DNA of 64,000 nucleotides from Thermodesulfobacteriota bacterium. GTDB taxonomy: Bacteria; Desulfobacterota; Dissulfuribacteria; Dissulfuribacterales; QOAL01. The notes beneath the pieces are model-generated. The model saw nothing but the letters and a program-made list of their open reading frames with translations. It was not told where the DNA came from and made no database searches. This document shows, one piece after another, positions 58,419 to 64,000 of this stretch. The position numbers and the translations under genes are program-made. The first letter of the stretch is position 1. Each line of letters opens with the position of its first letter. The DNA lies in the NCBI GenBank assembly GCA_013154175.1, contig JAADCZ010000060.1, forward strand, positions 7,530 to 71,529, written 5' to 3'.

Positions 58419-59261
58419 TTACCAGCTATAGGCAAGTCCGATGCCGCCCAGCCACTGGTTGGACGAGCCCCTATCGTCAACCACCGGGCTGTCGTCGGCA
58501 TCGCCCACGAGCCGTCTGTACTGGATACCGGTAGCGAGGTGCCAGTTCATGTTGAGATGCATGACAAAGACAGTGTTGACCCGCACGTCCTTGACACCGC
58601 TGTCGGCATCGAAGACAGGTAGCCCGGTTCTCAAGGAGTCCTTTTTGCTAACCCCAAAGTAAGTGGACATATAGTTGTCACTGGCGTAGCAAAGCCCAAG
58701 ACCAAAGCCAAAATCGAACATTTGGGACAGTGGATACCAGACCCTGCCGCTGGCCTTTACGTAGTAGCCGTCATATTCGTTGCCTACATCCGTGAGGAAA
58801 TCGATGTCTGCCAGGAACCGCTTTCTGGGGTTTTGCTTGTCTATGAATTCGACCCCGACAAACCCACCTGCCTCTATGGTGTCATCGATTTTCTTCATCT
58901 TTTTCACCACAGAGTCATCCACATCGTGGTCACGGCCAAAATGGTAATTGACCGAGGGGCCTAGACGGAACCATGAGTGGTCAATGAGGTTTATCTGCAG
59001 TTCATAGCCTTTGAGCAACAGGTACTGTTGATGCCCTTTGAACTGAAACCTAGCAAATGGCGCAACACCGAACATGTAGTCGTCTGAGCCTTCATAGTCG
59101 GGCGCAAAGCCCACTCCAAGGCCAAATATGCGTGGCATGTTGTCAATAACGAGATTCATGTCGGCTGCTGATGCCTTCTGAAACGATGCACCCAGGAGGA
59201 GCACCACGGAGACAACCATTACGGTGATGAATAGGGTTAGTTTTTTTCTGACTGGTAACAT
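58419..59261 (-). CDS. MipA/OmpV-family outer-membrane protein
   Basis: Signal peptide, alternating beta-strand pattern and an aromatic C-terminus ...GIGLAYSW. Confidence 0.7.
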   Translation of the reverse strand: MLPVRKKLTLFITVMVVSVVLLLGASFQKASAADMNLVIDNMPRIFGLGVGFAPDYEGSDDYMFGVAPFARFQFKGHQQYLLLKGYELQINLIDHSWFRLGPSVNYHFGRDHDVDDSVVKKMKKIDDTIEAGGFVGVEFIDKQNPRKRFLADIDFLTDVGNEYDGYYVKASGRVWYPLSQMFDFGFGLGLCYASDNYMSTYFGVSKKDSLRTGLPVFDADSGVKDVRVNTVFVMHLNMNWHLATGIQYRRLVGDADDSPVVDDRGSSNQWLGGIGLAYSW

Positions 59262-59584
59262 TTACACCTCCATTCCCTTTTAATTTTTAGAAGAGTATAT
59301 ATTTCACCTTAATCTAAGGCGTCGCTAAATGCAAGAAATATCAAGGGGTTAGTTGTGTTACTTGCCCTGTTAGGCAAAGTTATAACTGCTTATTATCATA
59401 TCAAAACTTACTGAATAACAATTCAATTACAATGGAAACTTATAAATCTTAAATAAGAGTTTTTGATAAGTTTAGGGAAGCTGCATGTCATTATAGCTAT
59501 AAAAAATTCTTTTCTAACTACTTGTCATTTAAAAAAATATAGTATAGCCTAAAAATTAGCTGTATTACAGCCGGGAGGGGAAAC

Positions 59585-60337
59585 ATGACGGGTTTAGGAA
59601 CGAGGGCAGCGCCCTATCTCTTGCTCTTTTTTGCAGCATTTTTGGTGACTGGCTGTGGTGACAAAGAGCGGAAGATACCAAAATACACTTTTCACCCCGC
59701 ACCGCCCTTTGATCTCTCTTTATCCTATAGCAATTACAAGTGGCAGAGTAATTTGAAATATCTTTATCAGCCCCTGCCAAAACCCCTCGATGATCCAAAA
59801 ATCGTCATAAACAAGAAAAAACATATTCTCTACCTCTTTTCAGGTGAGACCCTGATGAGGATTTACCCTGTCAATCTTGGGCCCGACCCCCTCAACGACA
59901 AGATTCAGGAAGGAGATGGCAGGACTCCCGAGGGCCAATTTTTCGTATGCACCAAAAACCCCAAGTCAAAATATTATAAGGCCCTTGGAATAAGCTATCC
60001 GTCAAAGGAAGATGCCCTTCGCGGTTTGAAGATGGGGTTTATCACCAAAAAGGAATACGATGCCATTGTCTATGCCATCGATCATGGCAAGAGGCCTCCT
60101 TGGTTTACCAAACTAGGCGGTGCCGTTTGTATTCATGGCGGAGGAATAGGCTGGGACTGGACAAGGGGATGTATCGCCCTAAGGAATGCAGATGTCCAGG
60201 AACTCTTCGAGGTTACTCCAGTGGGTACCCCTGTGACCATCATAAGCGGTGTATCCAGGCCCAGGAAAAGGGTCGTCCCTGTGCCGTCTCTTCTAACGAA
60301 GGTTAATGATGAACGTAAACGTAGGTCCCTGGATTAG
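59585..60337 (+). CDS. L,D-transpeptidase (YkuD domain) lipoprotein
   Basis: Lipobox LVTGC. Catalytic motif HGG...TRGCIALRNADVQELF. Confidence 0.85.
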   Translation: MTGLGTRAAPYLLLFFAAFLVTGCGDKERKIPKYTFHPAPPFDLSLSYSNYKWQSNLKYLYQPLPKPLDDPKIVINKKKHILYLFSGETLMRIYPVNLGPDPLNDKIQEGDGRTPEGQFFVCTKNPKSKYYKALGISYPSKEDALRGLKMGFITKKEYDAIVYAIDHGKRPPWFTKLGGAVCIHGGGIGWDWTRGCIALRNADVQELFEVTPVGTPVTIISGVSRPRKRVVPVPSLLTKVNDERKRRSLD

Positions 60338-61466
60338 CTGGGGTTGATTTTACAAACTTGTCCCTTGGGGCCCTGGGCGTCGTCCAGTTGAAGAGCCAGA
60401 AGGCATCTCTCGGGGCAAGATTTACGCAACCGTGGGACTGTTTCATTCCAAAGTTGTTGTGCCAATAGGCCCCATGAAGGGCAATTCCATTAAAGAAGTA
60501 CATGTGATAGGGCACGTCTTCCAGGAAATAGTAATCTATGCCCTTAGTTCCCCCACTCATTTTTGCCATGGCCCTCTTACCCCAGATGCGGAAGAGCCCG
60601 GTGGGGGTTTCAAACTCTGGTAGCCCAGAGGAAATAAGGGTCGCATATACCATTCTATCCCCTTCAAAGGCCTCGAGTACCTGCTCATAAAGGTTTATGT
60701 CCACCCACTTGGCATCTTCAGGGATCTTTGCAGGTCGCTCAGGGTGGGTGATGAGGGCAACCCTTCTGCCATCAACCCATTTGCCCTTGGCGAGCTTCAG
60801 CCACTTCTGCCCCTTGACGAATTTTATTTCCAATATCTTGACAAGGGTATGCTTATCAAGAAGTTCTCCATCTAGATATTCCTGTTTACCAGGCACTGCT
60901 GATGTGTATGTATCCAGGACGAGCCAACCATAGATGCCGTCCAGGGGTTGTTGTGCTAGATCCACCCCTTTGAAAGTGGACACCTTGAAGAAGGACAGAT
61001 ACTTGCCCTGTAGAAATTCGTTGGGGTTGATGTAGTACCAAGTATATTTGCCAGATTTTATGGCAAGAGGACTTTCAAGGGACACCCAAATAAAGCCGCC
61101 ATCCAGGATTTTGACTGGCTTTTTGCCTTCAAGGTTGTTCCATGCTCCCTTGTAAACGGGGGCAGGCTGCTCAGTCACCTGGGCGTAGTTGTAGGGAAGG
61201 ATGTCCCTGTGCTCAGGCCATTTGAACGATGTGTCTGGAAGTATCTTTATGACCTTGTCGCTTGCATTTGAATCTGTTGCGTTTGCGCCAGTCTTTTCCG
61301 GAGGCGGTTTTGCCAGATCCTGCACGGTTGCAGTACTGTTTCCTTGGGAAGTCTCGTTTTTACCTAATTCACCACCGTGGGAATTTTGAGTAACCAAGGG
61401 AAGAAGAAAAAAGCAGAAGATGAACAGACAGACTTTCACAAGAGTTGAGTGCAATTTCCCAGACAA
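60303..61466 (-). CDS. L,D-transpeptidase family protein with N-terminal accessory domains
   Basis: YkuD catalytic motif ALHGAYWHNNFGMKQSHGCVNLAPRDAFWLFNW. N-terminal signal peptide. Confidence 0.85.
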   Translation of the reverse strand: MSGKLHSTLVKVCLFIFCFFLLPLVTQNSHGGELGKNETSQGNSTATVQDLAKPPPEKTGANATDSNASDKVIKILPDTSFKWPEHRDILPYNYAQVTEQPAPVYKGAWNNLEGKKPVKILDGGFIWVSLESPLAIKSGKYTWYYINPNEFLQGKYLSFFKVSTFKGVDLAQQPLDGIYGWLVLDTYTSAVPGKQEYLDGELLDKHTLVKILEIKFVKGQKWLKLAKGKWVDGRRVALITHPERPAKIPEDAKWVDINLYEQVLEAFEGDRMVYATLISSGLPEFETPTGLFRIWGKRAMAKMSGGTKGIDYYFLEDVPYHMYFFNGIALHGAYWHNNFGMKQSHGCVNLAPRDAFWLFNWTTPRAPRDKFVKSTPANPGTYVYVHH

Positions 61467-61470
61467 TTTT

Positions 61471-62901
61471 TTAACCCTTTATCACTGCCAATGGTTTTAG
61501 TAATGCCACCTTTTTGGCCAGACCAGCTTCGTGGGTGACCTCTACAACCTTCCTCACATCCTTATAGGCATCGGGGGCCTCTTCAGCCGCTCCTCTAAGA
61601 CTTGCTGCCTTGAGGATTATTCCCTGTTTCCTAAGGGCGTTTATGACCCCTTTGCCCTTCCACCGTTTCAAGGCTGCCCGGCGGCTCATGGATCTGCCAG
61701 CACCATGACATGCGCTGCCCCAGGCCAGCTCTTCACCACTTTCGGTTCCTGCCAAGATGTATGAGCAGGTTCCCATGGTGCCGCCTATAAAAATTGGTTG
61801 ACCTACATGTTTGTATTTCTTGGGAAGCTCCCTGTGACCCGGGCCAAAGGCCCGTGTCGCCCCCTTCCTGTGCACAAAAAGTTTGCGCATTTTACCACCA
61901 ACTTCATGCTTTTCAACTTTACACGTATTGTGGCTAACGTCGTAAATAAGCTCAAACTCTGCACTGGGAATAACCCTCTGTACCGCCAGCCTTGCAAGAT
62001 GCCCCAGCACCTGCCTGTTGGCTAAAGCACAGTTTATGCCACATGCCACGGCCTTCATATAGTCGCTGCCCTCTGGGGATTTGATTGGGGCACATACCAG
62101 TTCCCTTTCCCTGATGGGGATGGCGTACTTCTTGGCAGCGGCTCCAAGTATTTGAAGATAGTCTGTGCCAATCTGGTGCCCAAGGGCCCTGGAGCCACAA
62201 TGTATGGAAACAACTACATCGTCCTCTTCCAGACCAAAGGCAGAGGCGCACTCCTTGTCATAGATTTTTTCAACGTATTGGACCTCGAGATAGTGGTTGC
62301 CTGAACCCAGTGTGCCTATCTGTTTCTTTTGTCTATCCTTGGCTAGTTTTGATACCTTGGAAGGGTCTGCATCCTTTATGCGGCCCCGTTCCTCGATGTA
62401 TTCCAGTTCGTCCTTGGTCCCATAGCCTTTGTCGATTGCCCACAAGGCGCCATTTCTCAGTACGTCGTCTAGTTTTGAGGCGGAAAGTTTGATCTTTCCT
62501 GTTGAGCCAACTCCAGCCGGTATGGAACGAAACAGCTCGTCCATGAGCTCATCCAACTTTGGCAGCAGCCTCTGCCTTTTGAGCCCGAGCCTGTGGCATC
62601 TGACCCCGCACGAGATGTCGTAACCCACTCCGCCCACGGAAATCACACCGCCCTGGTCTGGGTCGAAGGCAGCAACTCCGCCAATGGGGAATCCGTAGCC
62701 CCAGTGGGCATCTGGCATTGCCATCGCCCCCTTAACGATCCCTGGCAGGGAAGCCACATTGGTAAGCTGCTGCATGACCTTGTCATCCATTTCTGTGAGC
62801 AGATCGTTGTTTGCAAAGATATATCCAGGCACGCGCATTGTGCCTTCTTGGGGAATCTCCCATATGCAGCTTGAAATCCTTTTTAGTTTGCCTTTGTCCA
62901 T
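61471..62901 (-). CDS. rtcB: RNA 3'-phosphate ligase RtcB
   Basis: Metal/GMP-site motifs MPDAHWGYGFPIGG, GYDISCG, HCGSRALGHQ and GSACHGAGR. Confidence 0.95.
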   Translation of the reverse strand: MDKGKLKRISSCIWEIPQEGTMRVPGYIFANNDLLTEMDDKVMQQLTNVASLPGIVKGAMAMPDAHWGYGFPIGGVAAFDPDQGGVISVGGVGYDISCGVRCHRLGLKRQRLLPKLDELMDELFRSIPAGVGSTGKIKLSASKLDDVLRNGALWAIDKGYGTKDELEYIEERGRIKDADPSKVSKLAKDRQKKQIGTLGSGNHYLEVQYVEKIYDKECASAFGLEEDDVVVSIHCGSRALGHQIGTDYLQILGAAAKKYAIPIRERELVCAPIKSPEGSDYMKAVACGINCALANRQVLGHLARLAVQRVIPSAEFELIYDVSHNTCKVEKHEVGGKMRKLFVHRKGATRAFGPGHRELPKKYKHVGQPIFIGGTMGTCSYILAGTESGEELAWGSACHGAGRSMSRRAALKRWKGKGVINALRKQGIILKAASLRGAAEEAPDAYKDVRKVVEVTHEAGLAKKVALLKPLAVIKG

Positions 62902-62916
62902 ATCAACCTCTTGAAT

Positions 62917-63360
62917 TCATACATCTACCACACACTGGGCTATCCAGACCCCATCCTGGAACTCAACCTTTGCCTCGGTAAAGGTTGCTCCCTTGACTTC
63001 AATGCCCAGCTGGTGGATAGCCCTTGTCCATCTTTCGCCTTGGGCCAACCCTGACAGGGTGTGATCATCTATTGTCACGCTGAAGGAACTAAAGAGCATC
63101 TGTTCTATGTCCGCCAGGGCTATCAGACTGTTTATCCAGGCCACAAATAGCCCGGTAAGATCGTATGAGGAGCAATTTACCTCTTTTTTATGGACTGGTC
63201 TTACGAGGGAGAGATCCTCCACCATGAGGGAGAACAGTGCCCGTGCACCGTTTTCAAAGGCCTCCTCCAGGGTTGTACCAATGCCCCTTATTCCTATATC
63301 GGCAATATGGTCAAAGGTCTCCCAGCCACTTTTCAGGTTGGCCATTTCCTTTTGCCCCAT
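62917..63360 (-). CDS. archease (RtcB activator)
   Basis: WETFDHIADIGIRGIG N-terminal motif and about 140 aa in size. The start is ambiguous (ATG at 63345, 63360 or 63369). The track start at 63450 is unlikely because it overlaps the upstream membrane-protein gene by more than 100 nt. Confidence 0.8.
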   Translation of the reverse strand: MGQKEMANLKSGWETFDHIADIGIRGIGTTLEEAFENGARALFSLMVEDLSLVRPVHKKEVNCSSYDLTGLFVAWINSLIALADIEQMLFSSFSVTIDDHTLSGLAQGERWTRAIHQLGIEVKGATFTEAKVEFQDGVWIAQCVVDV

Positions 63361-63587
63361 TCTATCCATCCCCAGGTTGAAAGGCCTGTAAACACGACAA
63401 AGAGTGCAGCTTGGGCGTAGATCTTGTGATAGATGTTGACGGCAATCCAACCGATGTTTGCCAGAGTGTAGATGGCAAAACTGGCCCTCTTTTTCTTGAT
63501 ATTCAACACGGCCGCATAGATGCTTATGGCCGTAAGGGTCCAGGGCAGATAAATGGTCATTATTTCATGGACCAAGGTTTCTCTCAT
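63333..63587 (-). CDS. 84-aa three-TM membrane protein resembling the N-terminal triple-helix bundle of PnuC-type vitamin transporters
   Basis: MRETLVHEIMTIYLPWTLTAISIYAAVLNIKKKRASFAIYTLANIGWIAVNIYHKIYAQAALFVVFTGLSTWGWIEWGKRKWPT. Three hydrophobic helices. The end of helix 3 (IYAQAALFVVFTGLSTWGWIEW) parallels the PnuC motif ...LYA..LLQ.FF....IYGWY.W. Its ATG overlaps the upstream stop (ATGA). Confidence 0.55.
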   Translation of the reverse strand: MRETLVHEIMTIYLPWTLTAISIYAAVLNIKKKRASFAIYTLANIGWIAVNIYHKIYAQAALFVVFTGLSTWGWIEWGKRKWPT

Positions 63588-64000
63588 TTCAGATACTCTA
63601 GCAGTGCTTTGAATTGGGGAGTTCCTGCCTTTTTGATGATTTGATAGATTATCGTCTCGGTGGGAGCGCAATATATGCCGTTGGTATTCATAAGGGATCT
63701 TGCAAGCTTGATGTTTTTCTTGTTCCTGGAAGAGGTTGCGTCAATGGCGACCCAGGTGTTAAAGCCCCTTTCAACTGAGGCCACAGCGGTTTGAAAGACA
63801 CAGATGTGCGTCTCCACACCGGCCAATATCAAGGTGTCCATGGAAGCAGGCAGCTGCGATATCACCCTTTGAAACTCCTGGTTGTAAAAGCAGTTGAATT
63901 CGGTCTTGTCCACGTGATGGACACCTGTTTCTGGCAACTTAATGTCATCCACTATTGGGCCAAGGCCCTTCTTGTACTGGGTGGTTGCAATGACAGGGAC
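63584..64000 (-). CDS. isochorismatase-family cysteine hydrolase (5' end outside window)
   Basis: The frame is open to the window edge (VPVIATTQYKKGLGPIVDDI...). Catalytic-Cys motif LAGVETHICVFQTA. Confidence 0.8.
   Translation of the reverse strand, partial: VPVIATTQYKKGLGPIVDDIKLPETGVHHVDKTEFNCFYNQEFQRVISQLPASMDTLILAGVETHICVFQTAVASVERGFNTWVAIDATSSRNKKNIKLARSLMNTNGIYCAPTETIIYQIIKKAGTPQFKALLEYLK

Noticed and set aside
1-64000. CRISPR arrays, IS elements, toxin-antitoxin pairs or known defence systems
   Set aside because: Reading the intergenic regions (the longest are 46147-46602, 59262-59584, 36836-37060, 31208-31386 and 17101-17288) revealed no regularly spaced direct repeats, no terminal inverted repeats, and no transposase, nuclease or defence-type ORFs.

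Overview
This 64 kb window is mostly core chromosome of a diderm (Gram-negative) bacterium. Gene content and order (lpxI-type lipid A cluster, ApgM-like gene next to hom, HpnN-like MMPL exporter, RtcB/archease) suggest a Thermodesulfobacteriota/deltaproteobacterial-type lineage, but this is a low-confidence guess. About 60 tightly packed CDSs are supported. They include dnaG-rpoD, hom, der, rpoH, lolD-bamA-lpxD-fabZ-lpxA-lpxI-lpxB, coaBC, uvrC-mutL-miaA, ispA-dxs, panB, a five-gene MacAB-like efflux system, an envelope cluster (SYLF, MipA, two L,D-transpeptidases) and archease-rtcB. RNA genes are tRNA-Pro(TGG), tRNA-Met(CAT) and a clear type-A RNase P RNA (rnpB) on the minus strand. I saw no CRISPR array, transposase, integrase or prophage gene. 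The regions most worth a second look are: (1) an AT-rich gap after dxs with a near-consensus sigma-54 promoter, a Shine-Dalgarno site and a 40-aa Cys4, very basic micro-ORF absent from the ORF track; (2) a TonB-dependent receptor / YfiR-like (DUF4154) / hybrid histidine kinase module; (3) an 84-aa three-helix PnuC-like 'half transporter' translationally coupled to an isochorismatase-family hydrolase upstream of archease-rtcB. All family calls rest on motif recognition by eye. No searches or computations were run.
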